Source of the DNA: Candidatus Sumerlaeia bacterium
GTDB lineage: Bacteria; Sumerlaeota; Sumerlaeia; SLMS01; JANRJK01
Reading direction: 5' to 3'
DNA: 64,000 nt
Assembly: GCA_033764015.1 (NCBI GenBank)
Contig: JANRJK010000036.1
Coordinates: 256,001-320,000 of the forward strand
Under the pieces are notes generated by a model. It worked only from the letters and a program-made list of their open reading frames with translations, had not been told where the DNA came from and searched no databases. Below are positions 37,125 through 47,175 of this stretch, one piece after another. Made by a program: the position numbers and the translations under genes. The number at the start of each line of letters is the position of its first letter. Positions within the stretch are counted from its first letter, which is position 1.

Positions 37125-39440
37125 TCAGGGCTTCGGCAGCGCGGCGCCGGTGCCGCCGCCGCCGAGCGGGGCCGCGGAGGCGAGGAACTGCTCCATGCCG
37201 AGGGCGAAGTACAGGAGGAACACCACCGCGCCGAGCAGCATCACGAGGCCGTAGACCTGGATCTGGCCGTTCTGCAGGCGGCGCAGCTCGGAGCCGACGA
37301 AGCGCGCGAAGCGCCCGATGCCGTTGACGACACCGTCGACCACGCCCATGTCGAACTTCCACACGCCGAGGCTGACCATCCACGCGCCGTCCTTGAAGAA
37401 GGCGTTGTAGAAGTCGTCCCACCACCAGCGGTTGGCGGAGACGGCGAAGAGCGGGCCGAGGGCGCGCTCCGCGCGGCGTTCGCGCTCGACGCCGTTCGTG
37501 TAGAACCAGCGGGCGAAGAGGAGCGAGAAGATCGCCACCGCGCCCGAGACGCCGGCGAGGATCAGCTCCTTGTTGCTCTTGTGCGCGTCGGCGGCGGGGA
37601 TCTCGCCCGCCACGACGTAGGCGCCGTAGGGGATCGAGTCGCCCAGGTAGCCGAGCTTCGTCGCCGCGACCACCGCCGCCCCGCGGTCCGTGACGGGTTC
37701 GAGGAAGTGGTGGAACATGGCGTTGAAGTCGCCCATCGGGATCAGGCCCTTCGGCACGTTGAGGAAGCCGACGACCAGCGCGAGGCCCGCGAGCACCACG
37801 AGGGGGGTCGTCATCGCGCGCCCCGATTCGTGGACGTGGTCCGCGATCTTCGGATCGACGCGCGACTCGCCCGCGAAGGTGAGGAAATACGTGCGGCCCA
37901 TGTAGACCGCCGTCATGACGGCGGTGGCCATGCCGAGCACGTAGAGGAAGGGGAACTGGCCGCCGTGCGAGAGGAAGGTGAAGTAGAGGATTTCGTCCTT
38001 CGAGAAGAAGCCGGAGGTGAGGGGGAAGCCGGCGATGCAGAGCGTCGCGAGCAGGTACGTCATCGCGGTGACCGGCATCTTCTTCCGAAGGCCGCCCATC
38101 TTGTGCATGTCCTCCTCGTGGTGCAGCGCGTGGATCACCGATCCGGCGCAGAGGAAGAGGCAGCCTTTGAAGAAGGCGTGCGTGAAGACGTGGAAGATGC
38201 CGGCGGCGAAGGAGCCGACGCCCATGGCGAGGAACATGTAGCCGAGCTGCGAGACGGTCGAGTAGGCGAGGGCCTTCTTGATGCCGCGCTGCGTGAGGCC
38301 GGCGAAGGCGGCCACGAAGGCCGTGAGCCCGCCGACGATCGCGACCACCGCGAGCGTAGTGGGCGAGAACATGAAGAGCACGTTGAGGCGCGCCACCATG
38401 TACACGCCGGCGGTCACCATGGTCGCCGCGTGGATCAGCGCGGAGACGGGCGTCGGGCCCGCCATGGCGTCCGGCAGCCAGGTGAAGAGGGGGATTTGCG
38501 CGGACTTGCCGGTCGCGCCGAGGAAGAGCAGCAGCGTCGCCGCGGTGAGCAGCCCGCCGCCGTAGAGGAAGCCCTGCGGAACCGCCGAACCGTCGAGGAG
38601 CTTGCCGGTGGCGACGATGTCGATGAGGTCCTGCATGTTCACGGTGCCGAGGCCCCAGAACAGGAGGAACATGCCGAGCATCAGGCCGAAGTCGCCGATA
38701 CGGTTGACGACGAACGCCTTCCGCCCCGCGTCGGCGCAGCTCAGGTTCTCGGAGAAGGGTCGGTCGAAGAAGTACCCGATCAGCAGGTAGGAGCAGAGGC
38801 CCACGCCCTCCCAGCCGATGAACATGGTGACGAGGCTGTCGCCGAGGACGAGGGTGAACATCGCGGCGGCGAAGAGCGCGACGTAGGCGAAGAAGCGCGC
38901 GTAGCCGGGATCGAGAACGTCGTCGCCGACGCGCTCGCCCTGCGGCCCGTGGTGGTGGCCGTGCCCGTGATCGTCGTGCCCGTGTCCGTGGTCGCCGTGG
39001 CCATGGGCGGAGAACTTCTCGCGCATGTAGCCGGTCGCGTAGATGAACACGAACGTGCCGATGAAGCTGACGAACATGAGGAAGAGGGCGCTGAGCGGGT
39101 CGACGTAGAACGCGAAGTCGGCCGTGAGCGGGCGGCTGAGGCCGATGGCGTCGCCGGAGAACTCGAACCAGGTCCAGAGGTGGACGGTGCCGTGCTCGCG
39201 CAGTGCGGCGTTGATGGCCGCGGTGCGGTCGGCGACGTCGGCGATGGAGGCCGCGGCGGCCTCCGCCTCGTGCAGGTGGTGCTTCACTTCGAGGAACGCC
39301 AGCGTGGCCATCACGAAGGTGGAGGCCATCGCAAGGACGCTGATGTAGCCGGCGAAACGCCCGAGCTTGCGCACGCCGAGGCCGTTGATGAGCGCGGCCA
39401 GCAGCATCACAGCGGGGACCGCCCAGATATACTGGATCAT
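37125..39440 (-). CDS. nuoL: NADH-quinone oxidoreductase subunit L
   Basis: GWEGVGLCSYLLIG, NRIGD, GKSAQIPLFTWLPDAMAGPTPVSALIHAATMV, HAFFK, SKDEIL. Confidence 0.96.
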   Translation of the reverse strand: MIQYIWAVPAVMLLAALINGLGVRKLGRFAGYISVLAMASTFVMATLAFLEVKHHLHEAEAAAASIADVADRTAAINAALREHGTVHLWTWFEFSGDAIGLSRPLTADFAFYVDPLSALFLMFVSFIGTFVFIYATGYMREKFSAHGHGDHGHGHDDHGHGHHHGPQGERVGDDVLDPGYARFFAYVALFAAAMFTLVLGDSLVTMFIGWEGVGLCSYLLIGYFFDRPFSENLSCADAGRKAFVVNRIGDFGLMLGMFLLFWGLGTVNMQDLIDIVATGKLLDGSAVPQGFLYGGGLLTAATLLLFLGATGKSAQIPLFTWLPDAMAGPTPVSALIHAATMVTAGVYMVARLNVLFMFSPTTLAVVAIVGGLTAFVAAFAGLTQRGIKKALAYSTVSQLGYMFLAMGVGSFAAGIFHVFTHAFFKGCLFLCAGSVIHALHHEEDMHKMGGLRKKMPVTAMTYLLATLCIAGFPLTSGFFSKDEILYFTFLSHGGQFPFLYVLGMATAVMTAVYMGRTYFLTFAGESRVDPKIADHVHESGRAMTTPLVVLAGLALVVGFLNVPKGLIPMGDFNAMFHHFLEPVTDRGAAVVAATKLGYLGDSIPYGAYVVAGEIPAADAHKSNKELILAGVSGAVAIFSLLFARWFYTNGVERERRAERALGPLFAVSANRWWWDDFYNAFFKDGAWMVSLGVWKFDMGVVDGVVNGIGRFARFVGSELRRLQNGQIQVYGLVMLLGAVVFLLYFALGMEQFLASAAPLGGGGTGAALPKP

Positions 39441-39485
39441 CTCAGCAGGTTCCTCATTCCGGTCGGATCAACGGGGGACACTCGC

Positions 39486-41030
39486 CTAGTACCTCACGAG
39501 CACGAAGAAGATCATGGGGAAGACGCCGAAGAGCAGCAGCATGCCGGCGGCGACGCCGAGGGCGAGGGTGCCCGGCGCTAGGACCGCGGCCGAATCGCCG
39601 CCCCCCGCGAGCTGCGCCGCGTCCGCGCCCGCCTCCTCGTCGGTCATGAACATCGTCACGACGAGGCGGAGGTAGTAGAACGCGGAGATCACCGAGGCGA
39701 GCACGCCGATCACCGCGAGGCCATACTGGCCCTGCTCGATCGCATGGCGGAAGACGTAGAACTTGCCGATGAAGCCGACGGTCGGCGGGATGCCGGTCAG
39801 GCTGAACAGGGCGAGCGCCATGCCGGAGGCGGCCATGGGGCTGCGCTTCCAGAGGCCGCGGTAGTTCTTCATCTCGCCTTCGCCGCCCTTGCCGAGGTGG
39901 TGCGCGAGGCCGAACGCGAGCACGTTCATCAGCGTGTAGCCGAAGAGGTAGAGGAGGATCGACTCGGCGATCTCCTGCTGCTGGAAGCTGAGCGCTTCGA
40001 GGCTTGCCGTCGGGAGGCTCATGAGCGCGACGTAGGCGACCATGACGTAGCCGCCGTGGGCGATGGAGCTGAAGGCGAGCATGCGCTTGACGTTGGTCTG
40101 CGCGAGCGCCTGCACGTTGCCCCAGACGATGGAGGCCGCGGCGACGGCGGTGAGCAGGAACGCGGCGGCGTTGTAGAACGGGGGCCAGGAGGCCAGCGTC
40201 ACGATGACATGGAACAGGAGCGCGAACACGCCGATCTTCGAGGCGGTGGCGATCGCCATGGTCGTGGTGGTGGGGGCTCCCTGGTAGACGTCCGGCGCCC
40301 ACATGTGGAAGGGCGCGAGGGACAGTTTGAAGCTGATGCCAACGAAGAGGAGCGTGAAGCCCATGAAGGCGAAGACGGCGTTGAGCGGCGAGGTGGATCC
40401 GTCGAGGAGCGGGCGCGCGCCGGTGCGGAACACTTCGGCCATGTCGTTCAGGCGGGTGGAGCCGGTGGCGCCGTAGAGGAAGGCCATGCCCATGACGAAG
40501 AAGGCGGAGGCGAAGGCGCCGAGGACGAAGTACTTGAAGGCGCCCTCGGTAGAGCGCGCGCTGCGCCGGTCGATCCCGGTCAGCACGTAGAGCGACAGCG
40601 AGAGGATCTCGATGGCGATGAAGGCGGTGACCAGTTCGTTTGCGAGCGAGAGCGTCACCATGCCGAGCGCGGCGAAGAGGATGAGCGCGTAGTATTCGCC
40701 CGACGGCAGGTTGCGGCGGCGGACCGTCTCCGGGCCGAGCACTGTCATCACGAACATGGCGAAGAGGATGGTGACGCTGCCGAGGACGCCGAAGCGGTCG
40801 ACGCGCAGGAAACCTTCGAGGAAGGGGCGGTTCGCGGGCCAGAGCGGGAGGAAGAAGGTCGCGAGGGCCGCGAGAAGTGCGGCGCCGGCGATGAAGGGGA
40901 GCACGCGGCGGCTGCCCGCCTTGTTGGACGCGGCGTCGGCGACGAGGCAGCCGAGCGCTCCCGCGAGGAGGATCAGGAGCGGGGCCAGCTGCTCGATGAT
41001 GATGACGGGGATGTAGGGTTGTCCGGCCAT
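39486..41030 (-). CDS. nuoN: NADH-quinone oxidoreductase subunit N
   Basis: EGAFKYF, FKLSLAPFHMWAPDVYQGAP, KRMLAFSSIAH, GIPPTVGFIGK, YYLR. Confidence 0.95.
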   Translation of the reverse strand: MAGQPYIPVIIIEQLAPLLILLAGALGCLVADAASNKAGSRRVLPFIAGAALLAALATFFLPLWPANRPFLEGFLRVDRFGVLGSVTILFAMFVMTVLGPETVRRRNLPSGEYYALILFAALGMVTLSLANELVTAFIAIEILSLSLYVLTGIDRRSARSTEGAFKYFVLGAFASAFFVMGMAFLYGATGSTRLNDMAEVFRTGARPLLDGSTSPLNAVFAFMGFTLLFVGISFKLSLAPFHMWAPDVYQGAPTTTTMAIATASKIGVFALLFHVIVTLASWPPFYNAAAFLLTAVAAASIVWGNVQALAQTNVKRMLAFSSIAHGGYVMVAYVALMSLPTASLEALSFQQQEIAESILLYLFGYTLMNVLAFGLAHHLGKGGEGEMKNYRGLWKRSPMAASGMALALFSLTGIPPTVGFIGKFYVFRHAIEQGQYGLAVIGVLASVISAFYYLRLVVTMFMTDEEAGADAAQLAGGGDSAAVLAPGTLALGVAAGMLLLFGVFPMIFFVLVRY

Positions 41031-41052
41031 GGGTTTGCGGGCGGGGCTGGGG

Positions 41053-41361
41053 TCAGCCGCGCATCAGGTCGACCTCGTCCACGTGGATGTTCTGCTTCGC
41101 GCGGAAGAGCGCGATGAAGATGGCGAGGCCCACGCCGGCTTCGGCGGCGGCGACGGTCATGATGAAGAGCGCCAGGATGCCGCCGGACATGAGCCCGTGC
41201 GCGTGCGCGAAGCTGACGATGGCCAGGTTCGCGGCGTTCAGCATCAGTTCGACGGAAAGGAACACGGCGATCGCATTGCGCTTCCAGACGACGCCGAGAA
41301 TGCCCATCGTGAAGAGGAGCAGGCTGAGGAGCAGGTTGCCTTCGAAGAGGAGGGGGGACAT
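41053..41361 (-). CDS. nuoK: NADH-quinone oxidoreductase subunit K
   Basis: VELMLNAANL, VAAAEAGVGLAI. Confidence 0.96.
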   Translation of the reverse strand: MSPLLFEGNLLLSLLLFTMGILGVVWKRNAIAVFLSVELMLNAANLAIVSFAHAHGLMSGGILALFIMTVAAAEAGVGLAIFIALFRAKQNIHVDEVDLMRG

Positions 41362-41373
41362 CGGGTCGGGGGC

Positions 41374-41910
41374 TTACTCCGTGTCGATGGTGATTTCGTT
41401 GCCGTCCTCGTCCTGTCGGCGCGCCATGGCGACCGCGCCGATGACGGCGACGAGGAGGATCACCGAGGTGAGCAGGAAAGGCAGCACCCAGAAGGTGACG
41501 AGGGAGGTTGCGATGGAGGTGACGTCGCTGGGCTCGTGGACGATGGGGTGGCCTCCGGCGATCTGCGCCGCGGCGAATGTCTTCACGCCGAAGGCCGCGA
41601 GGAGGAAGAACGCCAAGGCGAGCGCGCCGCCCCAGAAGCGCGCGTCGCGCAGGTACCAAGGCGCCTGTTCGCGCTCGCGCAGGTTCAGCAGCATGACGAC
41701 AAACAGGAAGACGACCATGATCGCGCCGGCGTAGATGATGATCTGGATCAGCGCGACGAACTCGTTCTGCATCATCAGGAAGTTGACGGCGAGGCAGACC
41801 ATCACGAGGATGAGCGCCATGGCGGACTTGACAGTGTCCCGGGTGAAGAGGACGAGGCCGGCGCCGAGCACCGTGAGGGCGAAGATCAGGTAGTAGAAGA
41901 GGTCAAACAT
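41374..41910 (-). CDS. nuoJ: NADH-quinone oxidoreductase subunit J
   Basis: EFVALIQIIIYAGAIMVVFLFVVMLL. Confidence 0.95.
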   Translation of the reverse strand: MFDLFYYLIFALTVLGAGLVLFTRDTVKSAMALILVMVCLAVNFLMMQNEFVALIQIIIYAGAIMVVFLFVVMLLNLREREQAPWYLRDARFWGGALALAFFLLAAFGVKTFAAAQIAGGHPIVHEPSDVTSIATSLVTFWVLPFLLTSVILLVAVIGAVAMARRQDEDGNEITIDTE

Positions 41911-42060
41911 GGGTGCTCTTGGACTCCGGGCGAGCCCGTGTTCCTTCGTGGCCGGTGGCGTATCCAGCGGCGGCGGCCGCCGCGGGGGAAAGCACGAAAT
42001 GACCCGGGGCGGAGCCCGGGCCGGGGAAAGCGTTCAACCCGCCGCGACAGCTTCCGTCGC

Positions 42061-42594
42061 TCACGAACGCGTCCAGGGGTCGGAGGAGGCGCCCGCGTCC
42101 GCTTCGGCGCTCACGTGCGAGACGTAGGGGTCGTAGTCGTGGTAGGTGCCGAAGCCCTTCTCCGCCGGATCCAGCATGTCCTCCTTGTTGGCGATGAAGT
42201 CCGTGCGGCGGTCCATGGCCAGCTCGTAGGTCGGCCCCATGACGATGGCGTTCTCGGGGCAGGCCTCTTCGCAGAAGCCGCAGAAGATGCAGCGCAGGAG
42301 GTGTATCTGGTAGATTTCGGCGTAGCGCTCGCCGGCGGAGACCTGGTTTCCGGCGGAGTTCTCGGCGGCTTCGAGGTAGATCGCCTCGCTGGGGCAGACG
42401 GCGGCGCAGAGGGCGCAGCCGACGCAACGCTCGAGGCCGTCCTCGTAGCGCTGCAGGCGGTGGCGTCCGCGGAAGAATGGGGGCTGCTCGCGCTTCACCT
42501 CGGGGTACTCGAGGGTGACGCTGCCCTTTCCGCTAAGGTAGCGGATGGCGTGCTTCGAAGTCTGGGCGAAGCCCTTGAGGAAGTCGATGATCAT
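42061..42594 (-). CDS. nuoI: NADH-quinone oxidoreductase subunit I
   Basis: T.EYPE, FRGRH, two CxxCxxCxxxCP motifs (CVGCALCAAVCP, CIFCGFCEEACP). Start MIIDFLKG. Confidence 0.95.
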   Translation of the reverse strand: MIIDFLKGFAQTSKHAIRYLSGKGSVTLEYPEVKREQPPFFRGRHRLQRYEDGLERCVGCALCAAVCPSEAIYLEAAENSAGNQVSAGERYAEIYQIHLLRCIFCGFCEEACPENAIVMGPTYELAMDRRTDFIANKEDMLDPAEKGFGTYHDYDPYVSHVSAEADAGASSDPWTRS

Positions 42595-42662
42595 GGGGCG
42601 GTCACTCCGGGCGGGGCGTCGTGTCTCGTCGGGGTGTGCGGGGCAACGGTCGCGCCATCGGC

Positions 42663-43949
42663 TCAGGCGGCCTGCGGGCGGAAGTTGCGGTACTGGGCGG
42701 CGAGGGCCTTCTTGCGTTGCGCGGTGTAGATGAAGTCGGTCGCGAGGAGAAGCCCCAGCGTGATGCCGCCGATCGCGAGCCGGGCGCCGAGCGAGACCGT
42801 GTCGGTCTCCTTGTCGTAGCCGAGGCCGACGCCGATGGCGGTGATGACGAGATTCGCGAGGCCGAGCGGCAACATCACCTTCCAGCCGAGGTTCATGAGC
42901 TGGTCGTAGCGCATGCGGGGGAGCGTCGCGCGAGCCATGATGAAGAGGGTGAGGAAGAAGAAGATCTTGGCGGGGAGCACCAGCGGGCCGGCGAGGTAGT
43001 AGGGCAGCGTGCCCTCCTCGAAGAGCGCGATCGGACCGAGATACCCGCCGAGGAAGAGCGACGCGCACACCGCGCTGACGGTGATCATGTTGACGTACTC
43101 GCCCAGGAAGAAGAGGGCGAACTTCATCGAACTGTACTCGGTGTGGAAGCCGCCGGTCAGCTCCGACTCGCCCTCGGCGAGGTCGAACGGAAGGCGGTTC
43201 GTCTCCGCGAACATGGCGATGACGAAGAGGACGAAGGCGAGCGGCTGCGCGACCACATTCCAGTTCCAGAAGCCGCCCTTCTGCGACTCGATGATGTCGT
43301 AGAAGTTGAGGCTTCCCGCGATGAGGAGCACGCCGATGACCGAGAGCGACATCGAGATTTCATAGCTGATCATCTGGGCCGAGGCGCGGATCCCGCCGAG
43401 GAGCGACCACTTGTTGTTCGAGGACCAGCCGGCGAGCGTGATGCCGTAGACCCCGATGGAGGTGATGGCGAGGACGTAGAGGACGCCGACGCTCGGGTTG
43501 GTGACTGCGAGGGCGATCTGGCTGACAGCGCCCATGGGCCCTAGGGTGTCGGGGCTGATGCCGAGGAGCGAGCCGATGGAGGCGAGGGCGGGGCCGTCGA
43601 TGATTGGGCCGATGGGGATGATGCAAAGGGCGAGGAACGCCGGCCCGCTGACGAGCGAGGGCGCCATCAGGTAGAGTAGGCGGTCGGCCCCGGCGGGGAT
43701 GATTTCTTCTTTGAAGAAGAGCTTCGCGCCGTCGAGGGCGCCGTGGAGGAGGCCCCACGGGCCGGCGCGGTTCGGGCCGGGGCGGTCCTGCGTCCAGGAG
43801 ATGAGCTTGCGTTCGTATAGGACGACGAAGGGGACGACGCCGAGGACGCTGCCGAGCAGGATGGCGATCTTGAGGAGCGCCAGCGCGAGGATCAGGGCGT
43901 TGCCGGGGCCGCCGACGAACTGTCCGATAAAGTCGAGAAGGGGCTGCAT
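42663..43949 (-). CDS. nuoH: NADH-quinone oxidoreductase subunit H
   Basis: ERK....QDRPGPNR.GP.G, AQMISYE, AETNRLPFDL.E.ESEL..GFHTEYS, PRMRYDQLM. Confidence 0.96.
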   Translation of the reverse strand: MQPLLDFIGQFVGGPGNALILALALLKIAILLGSVLGVVPFVVLYERKLISWTQDRPGPNRAGPWGLLHGALDGAKLFFKEEIIPAGADRLLYLMAPSLVSGPAFLALCIIPIGPIIDGPALASIGSLLGISPDTLGPMGAVSQIALAVTNPSVGVLYVLAITSIGVYGITLAGWSSNNKWSLLGGIRASAQMISYEISMSLSVIGVLLIAGSLNFYDIIESQKGGFWNWNVVAQPLAFVLFVIAMFAETNRLPFDLAEGESELTGGFHTEYSSMKFALFFLGEYVNMITVSAVCASLFLGGYLGPIALFEEGTLPYYLAGPLVLPAKIFFFLTLFIMARATLPRMRYDQLMNLGWKVMLPLGLANLVITAIGVGLGYDKETDTVSLGARLAIGGITLGLLLATDFIYTAQRKKALAAQYRNFRPQAA

Positions 43950-44193
43950 CGACGACCGTCGTTGGGGGTTGGCGCGGGGATTGCGCCTAGCGTCACAAAC
44001 CAGACCGGCAGGGTTGGGGTTCCACCAAAGGGGTGTCAACGGCCAATCGGGAGAGCGCGCGGCTGGCGCGGCGCCTGGTCGATAGGAGCCGCTTTCGCGT
44101 TGACGCTCGCGGTAAGCGGGGGGTCCCTTGGGGCTTCAGTGACTTGGCGATCCACCGCCGCCACTTCCCGTCCCGGAGGCGTTCCGCGCGTCC

Positions 44194-45354
44194 ATGATCC
44201 GACTGCGTAGCCTTTGCACCCTTTGCGCCGCTGTGGCAGCCCCCGCGCTGTCGCTCGCCGCGAGCCTCCTGACGCCGATCTCGGACGGCAAGCTGCTGTA
44301 CGAAACCACCTCCAGCGGCGATTCCCGCGAGGCGGCGCTGACCGCCGCGCGCCAAGCCGCGGTGAAGGGCTCCGCGGGGCGCGTGCTCCTCGGCGAGTCC
44401 CTGATTATGGCGGATGAGCTGCTCGACCTTTACCTCGACCGCTACTACGACAAGTTCGTCACCGCCACGGAGGTGGTCACGGAGGACTTCGTGGGCGGGC
44501 GCAACGTCGTGCGCAGCCGCGTGTTCGTCGACTACCAGTCGCTGGTCAAGGACCTGGACGAGAAGCGGTTCCTGTTCACGCCGGCGCCGCGTCCGGTGGT
44601 GCTTTCCTTCCTCGCGGAGAAGATGGACAACGAGACGACGGCGGAGGGCATCGCGCTGAGCGCACTCAACGTGTCGTTCCTCGCGACGGGCATGAAGCCG
44701 TTCAGCGGCTCGCTCCCGGCGGCGGACCCGCAGGATCCCTCGACGGTGCCAAGCCTCGCGCGCGATGTCGCGCAGACGCCGGCGACGCTCGCGGAGGCGC
44801 TGGTCCTGGCGCAGCGCAACGGCGCCGAGGTCCTCGTGACCGGCACCGCGACGACCAGCGAGAGCATGTCGGACCGCTTCTACTACGACAATTACCTGTT
44901 CTACGAGTGCACGATGGAGACGAAGCTGCTCCGCGTGGACACGGGCGAGGTGCTCTTCACGGCGCGGGCCACGGGCAACGCGGCCGCGGTGAACCGCTCG
45001 GAGGCCATCCAGACGGCGATCCAGCGCGCGGCCACCTCGATCGCGGACCAGTACTACGACAAGCTGACGGACCACTGGGGCTTCGTGGTGCGGGCGAACA
45101 CGGCGGATTACCAGGTCATGCTGACGGGCGCCGACGAGGAGTTGCAGCGCGTGGTCGCGCGGCATCTCGAGCGGCTCGGCGGCGGCACCGAGGTGGCGCT
45201 GCGCAAGGCGTTCGACAAGACCGCGGTGCTCGTGGTGCGCACGGACGCCTCGCGGCAGGATGTGCTGGAGCAGATCGCATCGTGCAGCTTCCCGACGCTG
45301 ACTACGCTGAACCCCGCCGACAAGAACCGCTTCGAGGTGCAGGTGGGCGGCTGA
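44194..45354 (+). CDS. Exported hypothetical protein (FlgT N-terminal-like)
   Basis: Signal peptide; REAALTAARQAAV helix; VDTGEVLF CsgG/FlgT-like segment. Family assignment is tentative. Confidence 0.55.
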   Translation: MIRLRSLCTLCAAVAAPALSLAASLLTPISDGKLLYETTSSGDSREAALTAARQAAVKGSAGRVLLGESLIMADELLDLYLDRYYDKFVTATEVVTEDFVGGRNVVRSRVFVDYQSLVKDLDEKRFLFTPAPRPVVLSFLAEKMDNETTAEGIALSALNVSFLATGMKPFSGSLPAADPQDPSTVPSLARDVAQTPATLAEALVLAQRNGAEVLVTGTATTSESMSDRFYYDNYLFYECTMETKLLRVDTGEVLFTARATGNAAAVNRSEAIQTAIQRAATSIADQYYDKLTDHWGFVVRANTADYQVMLTGADEELQRVVARHLERLGGGTEVALRKAFDKTAVLVVRTDASRQDVLEQIASCSFPTLTTLNPADKNRFEVQVGG

Positions 45355-45406
45355 CGCCCCCGCGCCGCCAGCCCCTGGCAACAACCGCCCGGCAGGATGG
45401 CGCGGC

Positions 45407-47164
45407 ATGAGCGCTGAAGACGGCAACCCCGGCCCGGACACCCCGATCACAGGTCCGGATAAGCACGACCAGCCGACGATCCGCGAAGCGGCCCGCTCCT
45501 CGGGAGCGGTGCGCCGCGTCCAACCGCCTTCCCAAGCGCCGATCCCCATCTGGGGCGTGAACGCCCCTCCGCCGCTCCCGCCCGCTCCCGCGGCGGGCGC
45601 CGCGGACCCGGATCCCAAACTGGCCTGCGCCGGGCACCGGCTCGGGCCGTACATCCTCGAGCGCGAGCTGGCGCGCGGCGGCATGGGGGCCGTGTACCTC
45701 GGCTACGACCCGGCGCTGCGGCGGCACGCCGCGATCAAGACGATGCTCCGCGACGCGCTGGCGGACGAGGACGCGGCGCGGCGGTTCCAGCGGGAGGCGC
45801 GCGCCTGCGCGGCGCTGGCGCACCCGAACATCGCGGCCGTCTACTTCGTGGGCGAAGAGGAGGACGGCTCTCCGTTCCTCGCGATGGAGTACGTGGACGG
45901 CGGCTCGCTGCAGGAGGTGATCCGCACGCGCCGGGCGGTTCCGCATTCGCGGGCGGCGGAGTGGATGGCGCAGGCGGCGGAGGCGCTGCGTACCGCGCGC
46001 AAAATCGGGATCATCCACCGGGACCTGAAGCCCGGCAACCTGATGACGACGCGCGACGGCGTCTTGAAGGTCGTGGATTTCGGGCTGGCGAAGGTGATGT
46101 TCGACGACACCTACCGCACCGTCGAAGGCATGGTGATGGGGACGCCCAAATACATGCCGCCGGAGCAGGCGGCGGGGCGCGGCATCGACCACCGGGCGGA
46201 CATCTACGCGCTCGGCGCGACGTTCTTCCACCTGCTGGCGGGGCGCGCGCCGTTCGACGGCGACACGTCGATGCAGGTGATGATGAAGCACGCGACGGCG
46301 CCGGTGCCGAGCCTGCGCTCGCTGAAGCCCGACGTGCCGATGGAGTTCGACGCGGTCATCCAGCGCTGCCTGCGGAAGGATCCGAACGACCGCTACCAGG
46401 AGTACGAGGAGCTGGTTTCGGATCTGCGGGCGGTGCAGTTGCAGGCGCGCTCGCGGGAGGCGGGTCCGGTGCTCGACGCGGGTGGCGCGGCGTCGCACTC
46501 CTTCGCGCCGCCGCGCCCGTCGCACTCGGCCACGCAAATCCCGCTGCCGAGCGAGGTGCGCTCGATCGGCCCGCGCCCGCAGGAGGCCGCCGAGGAGCAG
46601 TCGGCGGAGGAGCCGTCGATGCACTGGGGGTTGAAGGCGGCGCTGGCCTTCGCCGCCGTCGCCGCGGTGGCGATGGGGGTGTCGCTCGCGTTCCGGCCGG
46701 GCGCGGAGAAGTCGGAGCCGGTGGCGGCTCCGGCGGAGCGTTCACCCCTCACGGAGCTGATCGGGCGCCTCGCGTCGGAGTCGGGATTGAAGCCGGAGGA
46801 AGCGGACGGCAGTTCGCCCCGCGCCCAGTACGTGCGCTACCAGGCGTCGCGGGTGATCGTCGAGGCGCTGGCTTCCGGGGCGGCCCGGTTCGAGTCGCAG
46901 GAGGGGCGCGCGCCGCTGGAAACGGCGGACTTCTCGGGGACGGGCTTTTCGACGCGGGTGTTCGAGACGAACGCGCGCGGGGCGGCGCTCGACGCATGGG
47001 GCAACGAGGTGGTCTTCACGCGCGCGGGGCGCGAGCTCCGCAGCGCGGGATTGAACCAGCGCTACGGAGACGACGACGACATCGTGTGGCTGGGAGGCTC
47101 CGAGCAGCCGCCGGCCTCGGACGGCTACGAGCGCCTCAAGGCGCAGGCGCTCGGCGGGCGCTGA
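45407..47164 (+). CDS. Hanks-type Ser/Thr protein kinase with TM helix and C-terminal GspG-like domain
   Basis: LARGGMGAVY, AIK, HRDLKPGN, DFGLAK, GTPKYMPPEQ; TM helix; DAWGN...LRSAG....GDDDDI. Confidence 0.9.
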   Translation: MSAEDGNPGPDTPITGPDKHDQPTIREAARSSGAVRRVQPPSQAPIPIWGVNAPPPLPPAPAAGAADPDPKLACAGHRLGPYILERELARGGMGAVYLGYDPALRRHAAIKTMLRDALADEDAARRFQREARACAALAHPNIAAVYFVGEEEDGSPFLAMEYVDGGSLQEVIRTRRAVPHSRAAEWMAQAAEALRTARKIGIIHRDLKPGNLMTTRDGVLKVVDFGLAKVMFDDTYRTVEGMVMGTPKYMPPEQAAGRGIDHRADIYALGATFFHLLAGRAPFDGDTSMQVMMKHATAPVPSLRSLKPDVPMEFDAVIQRCLRKDPNDRYQEYEELVSDLRAVQLQARSREAGPVLDAGGAASHSFAPPRPSHSATQIPLPSEVRSIGPRPQEAAEEQSAEEPSMHWGLKAALAFAAVAAVAMGVSLAFRPGAEKSEPVAAPAERSPLTELIGRLASESGLKPEEADGSSPRAQYVRYQASRVIVEALASGAARFESQEGRAPLETADFSGTGFSTRVFETNARGAALDAWGNEVVFTRAGRELRSAGLNQRYGDDDDIVWLGGSEQPPASDGYERLKAQALGGR

Positions 47165-47175
47165 CGCGCCACCCC

